From the sequence record CP132319.1: a stretch of DNA of 64,000 bases; one strand, 5' to 3'. This DNA is from a plasmid. The stretch's first letter is position 1. The number at the start of each line of letters is the position of its first letter. The notes under the pieces were generated by a model. It saw only the letters and a program-made list of their open reading frames with translations, had not been told where the DNA came from and made no database searches. The position numbers and the translations under genes are program-made. Shown here in pieces: positions 49,211-57,806 of the stretch.

Positions 49211-49233
49211 CGAGTAAATTATAATTAACTTGG
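49211..49233. repeat. AT-rich TATA-centred box, copy 4 of 4 (GAGTAAATTATAATTAACTTGG)
   Basis: Contains the perfect palindrome AATTATAATT. Upstream of the HTH regulator gene. Confidence 0.35.
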
Positions 49234-49280
49234 TGACTCGCCTTGTGGGCGAATGAGCCAGGGAGGTTTCATGCCGTAGA

Positions 49281-49311
49281 CAAAATAAAACCCGCCTCGG
49301 AGAGACGGGTT
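49281..49311 (-). terminator. putative intrinsic terminator, minus-strand orientation
   Basis: 10-bp stem (AACCCGCCTC/GAGACGGGTT, one mismatch) with a 3-nt loop, followed on the minus strand by TTTTATTTTG. Confidence 0.35.
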
Positions 49312-49456
49312 CAGTGACACACGGAGATGTGCGCAAAAGTCTTATAGCCAATGATTTTTTCGCACATTGATGAGGCCGCTGCAAGTTAATTCTTGCCACG
49401 AATACGTGCGTCCTGCGTCCTGGATTTCTCTCCGCTGACCACAACGAGGAGAGAAA

Positions 49457-50263
49457 ATGCTTGTTGCATCACCAGCGGCCTACGGGCCGAACCTATTGTC
49501 GCGCCTACTCGCCGCGCGCACCCTCCAGCAGATTGACGACTGCGCGAAATCCGCCTGGATACTGAATGGGGAGGGGCTCGTAGACGACCGCGAGATGGCA
49601 TATCTAGCCCCGGTCATCGAGCATCAGCGGCGCGCGATCCGCGCGCAACCTTGGCGTCTGGGCGATCCGATTGGTCATCTAAGACCGACGACGGCCAAGC
49701 CGGTTCACCGACGCCCGTCAATTCCCGCAGACAGGCGAGCTGCATCCTGGGTGCGCCGCCGCTCGCTCGCCAAAAACTGCATCATCCCGACTTGCATCGC
49801 CGGAAGGTTGACAATCAGCAAGCTTGCCGTGCTTTCGGTCATTGCCCGAGCGGTGATGGACCGTGGAAGATCGAATATGTCTCTCCCTGAGATCGCCGCA
49901 CGCGCTGGCGTCGGATGCACAACAGCGCGGTATGCCATTCGGGATGCCTTGCGAATGGGGCTGATCAGCGTGTCCGAGAACCGGATCAACGGATTTTGGA
50001 GCCGCCCCAACACGATCAGGATCGTCTGTGGTCGTTGGCTTCGATGGCTGAAGGAGCATGCAGGGTTTTCGCCACGGAGAAAATCGGACGACGGAATTGC
50101 TGTCGATTGCGTCGGCACCCCCCTCAGAAATCTGATCCCCACGATTGAAATTATTTCATTCTCGCTGCGAGGCGCGGTTCATCATCGATGGGGAGCGCGT
50201 GCAAATGTGCCTTACTGGCGCGGGGATACATGCCTTGATAGGGGAGTGAGGGCTTTGGAATAG
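49457..50263 (+). CDS. hypothetical protein with a winged-helix-like segment
   Basis: 268 aa. LAVLSVIARAVMDRGRSNMSLPEIAARAGVGCTTARYAIRDALRMGLIS resembles a wHTH. Confidence 0.4.
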   Translation: MLVASPAAYGPNLLSRLLAARTLQQIDDCAKSAWILNGEGLVDDREMAYLAPVIEHQRRAIRAQPWRLGDPIGHLRPTTAKPVHRRPSIPADRRAASWVRRRSLAKNCIIPTCIAGRLTISKLAVLSVIARAVMDRGRSNMSLPEIAARAGVGCTTARYAIRDALRMGLISVSENRINGFWSRPNTIRIVCGRWLRWLKEHAGFSPRRKSDDGIAVDCVGTPLRNLIPTIEIISFSLRGAVHHRWGARANVPYWRGDTCLDRGVRALE

Positions 50264-50629
50264 CATTGCGCTGGTTTCACGGAACCTCTGGTCATCGAAC
50301 TTCCGGCTAGTGGAAGTGGAGCACCGCTCGCAATACATGATGCTGAAGCCCACCTTGCCGAAGCCGTCCGCGATGATCATTCCGTTCCGTCATGTCGAGA
50401 CTCCATTCGAGTTCAGCTGGGAAGAATGGTCCTCGGTGTAGTGCTCGTTGAGGCGAAACGCCGGCTTGATCAGTTCCAGCCCGTCGGCTTTACGATCGGA
50501 TGGAATGTCGGAGCCACCGGCGGCCAGCACATCTTCCATGCCCATATGCATGTGGTGTGTCGCTACGAAAGAGACGCCAAGGCTGGTCTCGGCATCCGCG
50601 ACTTTCTGCGATCCTAGAAGGCGCGACCG

Positions 50630-51148
50630 TCAGGCGCAGCACTTTGAGCCGCCCGTTGCCGGCGCGCAGCAAGAGTTCGTTGCGGTCGCCTGCTCCGCCA
50701 GCCATCGGTCGCGCGGCTTGCAGCTCGACGGCCGCGCCGCCAGCGCCACCTCTAACCTGCCGTCTGCCAAGCGCGGCGACGATGCGCAATAGAGCGCCAT
50801 CGGCCGCTTCCCATCGCTGACCTCAAAGGTGAGCTTGGCCGCCGGATCGAGCCGAACGTGATCAGAAACCTTGCGGATGATCGCGGAGAACTTTCCTGCA
50901 GGCATGTGGCTCCTGCCGTCCTCGTAGATATCCCAGAGCTGGACGAACATCTCCGACCAGGCTTCCGGATTGGCACCGCAGTCGAGCGCCGAGAATGCAC
51001 CCGCCTTGACCTCGGTGACATGATAGCCTGCCTTCACCGGCTGACCATCGTAGAGAAACACCAGCGACGCCTCGGGCGCAGCCGCAAGGCCGTCAAGAAG
51101 CTGGCCAAGCGTGATATCGGACGAAACAGCCTTGTCGATCGCATTCAT
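50630..51148 (-). CDS. hypothetical protein with a vicinal-Cys C-terminal tail, divergent from arsR
   Basis: 172 aa ending ...NSCCAPATGGSKCCA. Confidence 0.5.
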   Translation of the reverse strand: MNAIDKAVSSDITLGQLLDGLAAAPEASLVFLYDGQPVKAGYHVTEVKAGAFSALDCGANPEAWSEMFVQLWDIYEDGRSHMPAGKFSAIIRKVSDHVRLDPAAKLTFEVSDGKRPMALYCASSPRLADGRLEVALAARPSSCKPRDRWLAEQATATNSCCAPATGGSKCCA

Positions 51149-51191
51149 GTGCGATACTCCTATTGTTCAATGATTCAAGGATTATTGAAAT

Positions 51192-51560
51192 ATGAATGAG
51201 TGTCAAGCCCTCACATCATTCGCGGCCCTGTCGCAGGAAACCCGCCTCGCCATCGTCCGCACGCTGGTCGTCGCCGGACCGGATGGGTTGGCCGCCGGGC
51301 TGATCGCCGAGCGCATGGGCGTCTCGCCCTCAAATGTGTCGTTCCATCTGAAAGAGCTGGAGCGATCGGGCCTTATCGCGCAGCGGCGAGAATCTCGCTC
51401 GATCGTCTATAGCGCCAGCTACGATGCGCTGGCCGATCTCGTAAAATTCCTGATGGAGGACTGCTGCGCTGGCCATCCGATGGTCCGAGAGGGTGTCGAG
51501 CGATCCGATGGCTGCTGCAAGACGGATGTTGCCCGGAGCGAGGGCGACGTCATTGCGTGA
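51192..51560 (+). CDS. arsR: ArsR/SmtB-family metalloregulator
   Basis: HTH (RLAIVRTLV...ELAAGLIAERMGVSPSNVSFHLKELERSGLI) and Cys pairs (CCAGH, GCC). Confidence 0.85.
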   Translation: MNECQALTSFAALSQETRLAIVRTLVVAGPDGLAAGLIAERMGVSPSNVSFHLKELERSGLIAQRRESRSIVYSASYDALADLVKFLMEDCCAGHPMVREGVERSDGCCKTDVARSEGDVIA

Positions 51561-52770
51561 TCGGAAGGTACCTGTCGGCATTGTTGCCGCACTCGGCCTG
51601 ACCCAGATCATCGGCTACGGCACCCTCTACTACAGCTTCAGCATCCTGGCGCCTGGCATGGCCGCGGATCTCGGCATCACCGTCGCGCAGGTTTTTGCGG
51701 TCTTCTCGACCTCGCTGTTCGTTGGCGGCCTGTCAGCGCCCTATATCGGCCGGCAGATGGATCGCATCGGCGCCGCGACGGTCATGGCGATCGGCTCGGC
51801 ATTGTCCGCACTGACCTTGATCTTGTGCGCCTGGTCGCCATCGGTGGCAGTCTTCGCGCTGGCCATCGTCCTGTTGGAGATATCGTCCGGCATGGTCCAG
51901 TACCAAGCCGCTTTCGCGGCACTGGTCGAGGCCGATCCCCGGTCAGCGTCACGCAGCATCACTTATCTCACCCTGATCGCGGGATTTGCCTCGACGATCT
52001 TCTGGCCGATTGCCACGGCGCTGCTCGGCTATCTCTCGTGGCGGGAAATCTACCTCGTCTATGCCGTGCTCAATCTTGCTGTCTGTATGCCGTTCCATGT
52101 CTGGATCATGCGGAAGGGAAAGGTAGCGGCAGCCGGCGGGCAAAGACCTATGCGCGAGCCTGTCGTCGGAGCTGTTCCGCGCGAGCGTCGGCGCGGTACG
52201 GTGGTCGTCGTGTCGGCTGCATTCGCGCTGCTGAGCTTCACCCTTGGCGCGATGCTGGCGCATATGGTGCCGATGCTCGGGTCGCTTGGCTTCGGAAGTG
52301 CCGCCGTCGGCATCGGCTCCCTGTTCGGTCCGGCGCAGGTTCTTAGCCGCCTGATCAACATGATCTTTGGAACGCGCCTCGCGCCGCCGGGCCTCGCGGT
52401 TCTCTCCGCAGTCTTCATGGTGCTGAGCGTCGTTATTCTGGCGCTGTCCGGCAACTGGCTCCCCGGCGCGGTCGCCTTCTCGATCTGCCTCGGCCTCGGA
52501 TCGGGCATCAACAGCATCGCGCAGGGAAGCTTACCGCTCTACCTGTTCGGCTCGGATGGCTATGGTGCGCTCACCGGCAAGATGGCCGCCTCGCGGCTGG
52601 CTGCCGGCGCAGCAGCGCCGTTTGCCTTCGCGGCGACGATGGAGCAGTTCGGCATAGGCGCATCGCTCGTCCTGAGCGCCGCGCTTGGCTCGATCGGTAT
52701 TGCGGCGTTTGTCGCGGTAGCGATGGCGACGAAGCGGAGCCTCGTCACCTCGCCAAGCCCGTCAAATTGA
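51493..52770 (+). CDS. MFS transporter (ArsK-like candidate metalloid efflux permease)
   Basis: 12 TM segments, downstream of arsR. The exact start is uncertain. Confidence 0.65.
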   Translation: MSSDPMAAARRMLPGARATSLRDRKVPVGIVAALGLTQIIGYGTLYYSFSILAPGMAADLGITVAQVFAVFSTSLFVGGLSAPYIGRQMDRIGAATVMAIGSALSALTLILCAWSPSVAVFALAIVLLEISSGMVQYQAAFAALVEADPRSASRSITYLTLIAGFASTIFWPIATALLGYLSWREIYLVYAVLNLAVCMPFHVWIMRKGKVAAAGGQRPMREPVVGAVPRERRRGTVVVVSAAFALLSFTLGAMLAHMVPMLGSLGFGSAAVGIGSLFGPAQVLSRLINMIFGTRLAPPGLAVLSAVFMVLSVVILALSGNWLPGAVAFSICLGLGSGINSIAQGSLPLYLFGSDGYGALTGKMAASRLAAGAAAPFAFAATMEQFGIGASLVLSAALGSIGIAAFVAVAMATKRSLVTSPSPSN

Positions 52771-53505
52771 CCGCAGCGATACCCGCTTCTCAAGCTCGGC
52801 CGCCTGTTCCTTGCGCTCGCTGTAGCGGTCGGTGAGATAGGCCGAAGCATCGCGCGTGAGAATGGTGAACTTCACCAGTTCTTCGCAGACGTCCACGACC
52901 CGGTCGTAATAGGACGAGGGCTTCATCCGGCCGTCGGCGTCGAATTCCTGATAGGCCTTGGCGACGGAGGACTGGTTGGGGATGGTGATCATCCGCATCC
53001 AGCGGCCGAGAATGCGCATCTGGTTCACTGCATTGAAGGACTGGCTACCGCCCGACACCTCCATAACGGCAAGCGTTTTGCCCTGCGTCGGCCGGACCGA
53101 TCCGACCGAGAGCGGAATCCAGTCGATCTGGGACTTCATTATCCCGGTCATCGCGCCGTGGCGTTCCGGGCTCACCCAGACCTGCCCTTCCGACCATTGC
53201 GAAAGATCGCGCAATTCTTGCACCTTCGGATGGCTCGCCGGCGCTTCGTCAGGGAGCGGCAGGCCCTTCGGGTCAAAGATACGAACCTCGCATCCAAGGC
53301 GTTCGAGCAGCCGGCGGACCTCGAATGCGAGCAGGCGGCTATACGACACCTCACGCAGCGAGCCGTAGAGGATCAGGATGCGCGGCTTATGCGTTGAGAA
53401 CGCCGGACGCAGGGCATCGAGATCTGTCGAATATAGGTGATCGCCCTGCAGTGCTGGGAAAGTGTCAGGCAATGCGCTTTCCTTCCTGGTCGAGGATCTG
53501 TTCAC
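52762..53505 (-). CDS. arsH: ArsH, NADPH-dependent FMN reductase
   Basis: [19 protein letters not shown] flavodoxin-like fold and conserved ArsH blocks. Confidence 0.85.
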   Translation of the reverse strand: MNRSSTRKESALPDTFPALQGDHLYSTDLDALRPAFSTHKPRILILYGSLREVSYSRLLAFEVRRLLERLGCEVRIFDPKGLPLPDEAPASHPKVQELRDLSQWSEGQVWVSPERHGAMTGIMKSQIDWIPLSVGSVRPTQGKTLAVMEVSGGSQSFNAVNQMRILGRWMRMITIPNQSSVAKAYQEFDADGRMKPSSYYDRVVDVCEELVKFTILTRDASAYLTDRYSERKEQAAELEKRVSLRSI

Positions 53506-53887
53506 CGTCCTCCTTGAAGAACGGTCCCCTGAAGGTGTCGGGCAGGATGTCGAGCACCGCCTCGGACGGACGGGCGAGCCGGGTGCCGAGCGGTGTCACG
53601 ACGAAGGGGCGATTGATCAGGATCGGCGTTGCGATCATCGCGTCGAGCAACTGCTCGTCAGTCAGGTCTGGGTTGTCCAGACCGAGTTCGGCATAAGGCG
53701 TGCCTTTCTCGCGAATGGCTTCCCGAACGTTCAAGCCAGCGTCCGCGATCATCGTCGCAAGCTGCTCGCGCGTCGGCGGGTGCTGCAAATACTCGATGAC
53801 AACAGGTTTGATCCCGGCAGCGCGGATCAGCGCCAGCGTGTTGCGGGACGTCCCGCAGGCGGGGTTGTGATAGATGGTCGCGTCCAT
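53465..53887 (-). CDS. arsC: arsenate reductase, glutaredoxin-coupled ArsC family
   Basis: [18 protein letters not shown]-terminal catalytic Cys motif, 141 aa. Confidence 0.85.
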   Translation of the reverse strand: MDATIYHNPACGTSRNTLALIRAAGIKPVVIEYLQHPPTREQLATMIADAGLNVREAIREKGTPYAELGLDNPDLTDEQLLDAMIATPILINRPFVVTPLGTRLARPSEAVLDILPDTFRGPFFKEDGEQILDQEGKRIA

Positions 53888-53889
53888 GG

Positions 53890-54948
53890 TCAGTGCCTTT
53901 CGGTGGCGGTGGTTCTGGAAACAGCGGGGGCGGCCTCGTACCAATCTTTCGAGCGGTTCACGATCCACACGACCGAGAGCATGACCGGAACCTCGATGAG
54001 AACGCCAACGACGGTGGCGAGTGCTGCGCCGGACTGGAAGCCGAACAGGCTGATGGCTGCGGCAACTGCAAGCTCGAAGAAATTGCTGGCGCCGATCAGG
54101 GCTGACGGGCCGGCAATGCAATGCCGCTCACCGGTCATCCGGTTGAGTAGATAAGCCAGCCCGGAGTTCAGATAGACTTGGATCAGGATCGGCACGGCGA
54201 GCAAGCCGATGACGGCTGGCTGGGCGATGATCTGTTCACCCTGAAAGGCGAAGAGCAGAACCAGCGTCGCAAGTAGCGCCACCAGTGAGATCGGCTGCAA
54301 CCTTGCCAGCACGCCATCCAGTGCCCGGGCCTTACCGCCAACCGTGAGGCGGCGGCGGATGACCTGCGCGATAATGACGGGCACGACGATATAGAGGGCG
54401 ACGGAAAGAACGAGCGTATCCCAAGGCACGGTGATCGCGGAGAGGCCGAGCAGCAAGCCAACGATCGGAGCAAATGCGACGACCATGATGGCATCGTTCA
54501 ACGCGACCTGAGACAGCGTGAACAATGGCTCCCCGCGCGTCAGGTTGCTCCAGACGAACACCATAGCGGTGCAGGGAGCCGCGGCGAGAATGATCAGTCC
54601 GGCGATATAGGAGTCGATCTGGTCGGCAGGCAGGTATGGGCGGAACAGCCAACCGATGAACAGCCAACCGAGGACGGCCATGGAGAACGGCTTGACGGCC
54701 CAGTTGATGAACAAGGTCACGCCGATACCGCGCCAGTAGGTGCCGACCTGCGCCAGAGACCGGAAATCGATCTTAAGCAGCATCGGAATGATCATCAGCC
54801 AGATCAGGATCGCGACGGGAATGTTCACCTTGGCGACCTCGGCCGCGCCGATGATCTGAAAGAGACCGGGCATGAGATGGCCGAGGGCGACACCGGCGAT
54901 GATGCACAGGAACACCCAGATGGTCAGATAACGCTCGAACGTGGACAT
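53890..54948 (-). CDS. acr3: ACR3-family arsenite efflux permease
   Basis: 10 TM segments, with an N-terminus (FERYLTIWVFLCI) and motifs typical of Acr3. Confidence 0.9.
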   Translation of the reverse strand: MSTFERYLTIWVFLCIIAGVALGHLMPGLFQIIGAAEVAKVNIPVAILIWLMIIPMLLKIDFRSLAQVGTYWRGIGVTLFINWAVKPFSMAVLGWLFIGWLFRPYLPADQIDSYIAGLIILAAAPCTAMVFVWSNLTRGEPLFTLSQVALNDAIMVVAFAPIVGLLLGLSAITVPWDTLVLSVALYIVVPVIIAQVIRRRLTVGGKARALDGVLARLQPISLVALLATLVLLFAFQGEQIIAQPAVIGLLAVPILIQVYLNSGLAYLLNRMTGERHCIAGPSALIGASNFFELAVAAAISLFGFQSGAALATVVGVLIEVPVMLSVVWIVNRSKDWYEAAPAVSRTTATERH

Positions 54949-55475
54949 CAGGCGGACTTTCCTTGCGGCGACGTCGAACCTTCCATCGCACCGATCTGGC
55001 GAAGCTTGGTCTCAAGCGCCATGTGATCGAAGGATGCCAGCGGCAGGCTGACGAACGCCGCGATCCGGTTCTTGAGGAAACGCGCGGCCTGAGCGAAGGC
55101 GCGCTGGATCTCGATGTCCGAGCCAGCGACGGCGGCGGGGTCTTCGACACCCCAATGGGCGGTCATCGGATGGCCGATCCAGACCGGGCAGGCTTCGCCG
55201 GCGGCGCTGTCGCAGACGGTGAAGATGAAATCCATCTGCGGCGCGCCGGGCTCCGCGAACACATCCCAGCTCTTCGACGAGAAGCCCGTCGATGGATAGC
55301 CCAGCGCTTCCAGCTCCTTCAGGGCATGCGGATTGACTTCGCCCTTCGGCTGGCTGCCGGCGGAGAAGGCTTTGAATCGTCCGCCGCCCTCCTTGTTGAG
55401 AATGGATTCGGCGAGAATAGAACGAGCGGAATTGCCCGTGCAGAGGAACAGCACGTTGTAGGTCTTGTCGGTCAT
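54948..55475 (-). CDS. arsC: arsenate reductase, LMW-PTP / thioredoxin-coupled type
   Basis: VLFLCTGNSARS P-loop. Confidence 0.85.
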   Translation of the reverse strand: MTDKTYNVLFLCTGNSARSILAESILNKEGGGRFKAFSAGSQPKGEVNPHALKELEALGYPSTGFSSKSWDVFAEPGAPQMDFIFTVCDSAAGEACPVWIGHPMTAHWGVEDPAAVAGSDIEIQRAFAQAARFLKNRIAAFVSLPLASFDHMALETKLRQIGAMEGSTSPQGKSA

Positions 55476-55490
55476 GGTCGTGGTCCGTGG

Positions 55491-55931
55491 TTAGGCCGGC
55501 GGCCGGGTGAGCCTCATGATGGTCGCCGACGATGGGCAGATGGAGGAAAGCTGACGGGTCGCCAACACGGCTGCGGGAACGCTGTCCCGCTGGAATTCAG
55601 AAAATCCGATGCGCGTGAAGAACGGCGCTGCACTCGTCGTGGCAAGGAAGACGTCGCCGGCCTGATCGAGACCCGCCACCGCCCGCTCGACCAAAACGCT
55701 TCCCAGTCCTTGCCCCCGATGATCGGGAAGCACGACGACCGAACGGAGGAGAAAATCGTCGCCGCAGCGCTCAACACCGATGAAACCGACAGCCCTGCCG
55801 TCCGATGACTGCGCCCTGAAGAAGGTGCGACCATGATCCTCGATGTCGTCGGTGGGCAGATGCGCTTCCGTCAAGGCTGCCTTGAGGCCAGCGTCGTTGC
55901 CCTCAATCTGCTCCAACCTGATCGCGCTCAT
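55491..55931 (-). CDS. arsN: GNAT N-acetyltransferase (ArsN-like)
   Basis: The acetyl-CoA site motif RGQGLGSVLVERAV, located within the ars operon. Confidence 0.6.
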   Translation of the reverse strand: MSAIRLEQIEGNDAGLKAALTEAHLPTDDIEDHGRTFFRAQSSDGRAVGFIGVERCGDDFLLRSVVVLPDHRGQGLGSVLVERAVAGLDQAGDVFLATTSAAPFFTRIGFSEFQRDSVPAAVLATRQLSSICPSSATIMRLTRPPA

Positions 55932-56281
55932 AACACCTTCGCCTCCGGGGCGCAGCACGGCGTCAACTCGGCGATGAGCGGAGCGCAAAGCTCCGTCGAT
56001 CCGCCGCAGCAGTCTTTGAGGAGGAACAGCGTCAGCTCGCGCAAGCCATTGAGGTCGGCCCGGTAGATGATCGATCTGCTCTGCCGCTCGCTCGTCACCA
56101 AGCCTGCCCGCGAAAGCGTTGCGAGATGCGCCGACATGGTGTTTTGCGGTACATCGATAAGGCGGGCGAGTTCGCCGGCCGGGATGCCATCGGGTTCGTG
56201 CCGCACCAGAAGCCGGAAGGTCTCCAGTCGCGTGGTCTGTGCCAAGGCGCCGAGCGCTGCGATTGCTGTGATATTATCCAT
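55928..56281 (-). CDS. arsR: ArsR-family arsenic repressor
   Basis: HTH (ELARLIDVPQNTMSAHLATLSRAGLV) and C-terminal Cys (CCGG, CC). Confidence 0.85.
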   Translation of the reverse strand: MDNITAIAALGALAQTTRLETFRLLVRHEPDGIPAGELARLIDVPQNTMSAHLATLSRAGLVTSERQSRSIIYRADLNGLRELTLFLLKDCCGGSTELCAPLIAELTPCCAPEAKVL

Positions 56282-56460
56282 ATATCCAGAATATCGGATA
56301 TGTTTTCGATGTCAAGACGAATCCGGGCCTCGACGTCCGGCGGATAAAGGTCGAGAACGGCTGCTACGAGGTCTATGCGATCGATGCCAAGGGCGCCAAG
56401 GTCGAGACGATCTTCAATCCGCAGACCGGTGAACCGGTCGGCTCGGAAGGAGCGGAATGA
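56270..56460 (+). pseudogene. C-terminal remnant of a PepSY-domain gene (no start codon)
   Basis: 63-codon open frame after a TGA, reading ...IKVENGCYEVYAIDAKGAKVETIFNPQTGEPVG. It overlaps the arsR start region and ends in ATGA coupling to the cytochrome b561 gene. Confidence 0.4.
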
Positions 56461-57011
56461 TGGCGCCACTCTCCCGAACCAGCGGGGCGGGGGAAAGCGT
56501 CAAGGTGTGGGACCCGCTCGTGCGGGTCTTTCACTGGTCGCTTGTCTGCCTCTTCGTTTTTTCCTTCGTTACCGGCGACGAATGGAAGAAGGCTCATATC
56601 CTCTCCGGCTATGCCATCGCAGGGCTGATCGCCCTGCGCCTGGTCTGGGGGCTGCTCGGGCCGCATCACGCCCGCTTCGCCAACTTCCTCTATTCTCCTC
56701 CGACGATCCTAGCGTTCCTCCGTGACAGCCTCGCCTTCCGCGCCAAGCGGTATCTCGGCCACAATCCGGCGGGGGGCGCGATGGTCGTCCTGCTGCTCGT
56801 TGCGGTGTCCGGTATCGTGACCACCGGCTACATGATGACCACGGATGCCTATTGGGGTGTCGGCTGCGTGGAGGATACGCATAAGCTCCTGGTCTATTCG
56901 ACCATCGGGCTGATTGCCCTGCACATCGCCGGCGTCGTCTTCGCCAGCGTCGAGCACCGGGAAAACCTCGTGCGCGCCATGGTGACGGGAAGGAAGCGCC
57001 GCGAAGGTTGA
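56457..57011 (+). CDS. cytochrome b561 family membrane protein
   Basis: Four TM helices with conserved His (HWSLV, HILSGY). The usual partner of the upstream PepSY protein. Confidence 0.7.
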   Translation: MMAPLSRTSGAGESVKVWDPLVRVFHWSLVCLFVFSFVTGDEWKKAHILSGYAIAGLIALRLVWGLLGPHHARFANFLYSPPTILAFLRDSLAFRAKRYLGHNPAGGAMVVLLLVAVSGIVTTGYMMTTDAYWGVGCVEDTHKLLVYSTIGLIALHIAGVVFASVEHRENLVRAMVTGRKRREG

Positions 57012-57029
57012 TGTGCGGCTGTCTATATG

Positions 57030-57058
57030 GCATGTATTTAGAATTATTCTAAATACAT
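57030..57058 (+). promoter_or_regulatory. Irr-type iron control element (ICE box), perfect 29-bp palindrome
   Basis: CATGTATTTAGAAT-T-ATTCTAAATACATG. Its core TTTAGAA-N3-TTCTAAA equals the Rhizobiales ICE consensus. It lies 50 bp upstream of the VIT gene. Confidence 0.6.
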
Positions 57059-57108
57059 GCCTGACGTCATAATGCAACCACAGTAGATCTGCTGAAATCG
57101 GAGATGTT

Positions 57109-57804
57109 ATGCGCGCCGTTCACAAGGAAAGCCACCTCATCGAACGTATCGGCTGGCTCCGCGCGGCGGTGCTGGGCGCCAATGACGGGCTGATCTCGAC
57201 GTCGAGCCTCATCGTCGGTGTCGCGGCGGCGACCGCGGCATCGCAGGAAATCCTCGTCGCCGGTGTCGCCGGTTTGGTGGCCGGCGCGATGTCGATGGCG
57301 GCGGGGGAATATGTCTCCGTCAGCTCGCAAGCCGATACGGAACAGGCCGACATGGCGCGCGAGCGCCACGAGCTGGCCACCCAGCCGGAGGCGGAGCTGG
57401 CCGAGCTTACCGCGATCTACGAGCAGCGTGGCGTCTCACCGGATCTTGCCCGCCAGGTTGCCGAACAAATGATGGTGAAGGACGCCTTCGAAGCCCATGC
57501 ACGGGACGAACTCGGCCTGTCGAGCCACGTAATGGCGCGGCCTGTCCAGGCGGCGCTGACATCGGCGGTGACCTTCGCGACGGGCGCGGCCCTGCCGCTG
57601 GCGGTCGCCCTGCTGGCGCCGTCGGGAACGGTCGTCTGGGCTGTGTCCGTTGCCTGTCTCATCGGGCTTGCCGTCCTCGGCGCGATCGGCGCGCGTGCCG
57701 GTGGTGCTGGCATCTGGAAGCCGACCGTCCGGGTCGTCTTCTGGGGCGCGGTCGCCATGGCGTCGACCGCAGCCATCGGCGCGCTTGTCGGCCGGGCGGT
57801 CTGA
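57109..57804 (+). CDS. VIT1/CCC1-family Fe/Mn transporter (MbfA-like membrane domain without an erythrin domain)
   Basis: LGANDGLISTSSLIVGV, MAAGEYVSVSSQ and the C-terminal TM bundle. Confidence 0.8.
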   Translation: MRAVHKESHLIERIGWLRAAVLGANDGLISTSSLIVGVAAATAASQEILVAGVAGLVAGAMSMAAGEYVSVSSQADTEQADMARERHELATQPEAELAELTAIYEQRGVSPDLARQVAEQMMVKDAFEAHARDELGLSSHVMARPVQAALTSAVTFATGAALPLAVALLAPSGTVVWAVSVACLIGLAVLGAIGARAGGAGIWKPTVRVVFWGAVAMASTAAIGALVGRAV

Positions 57805-57806
57805 TC

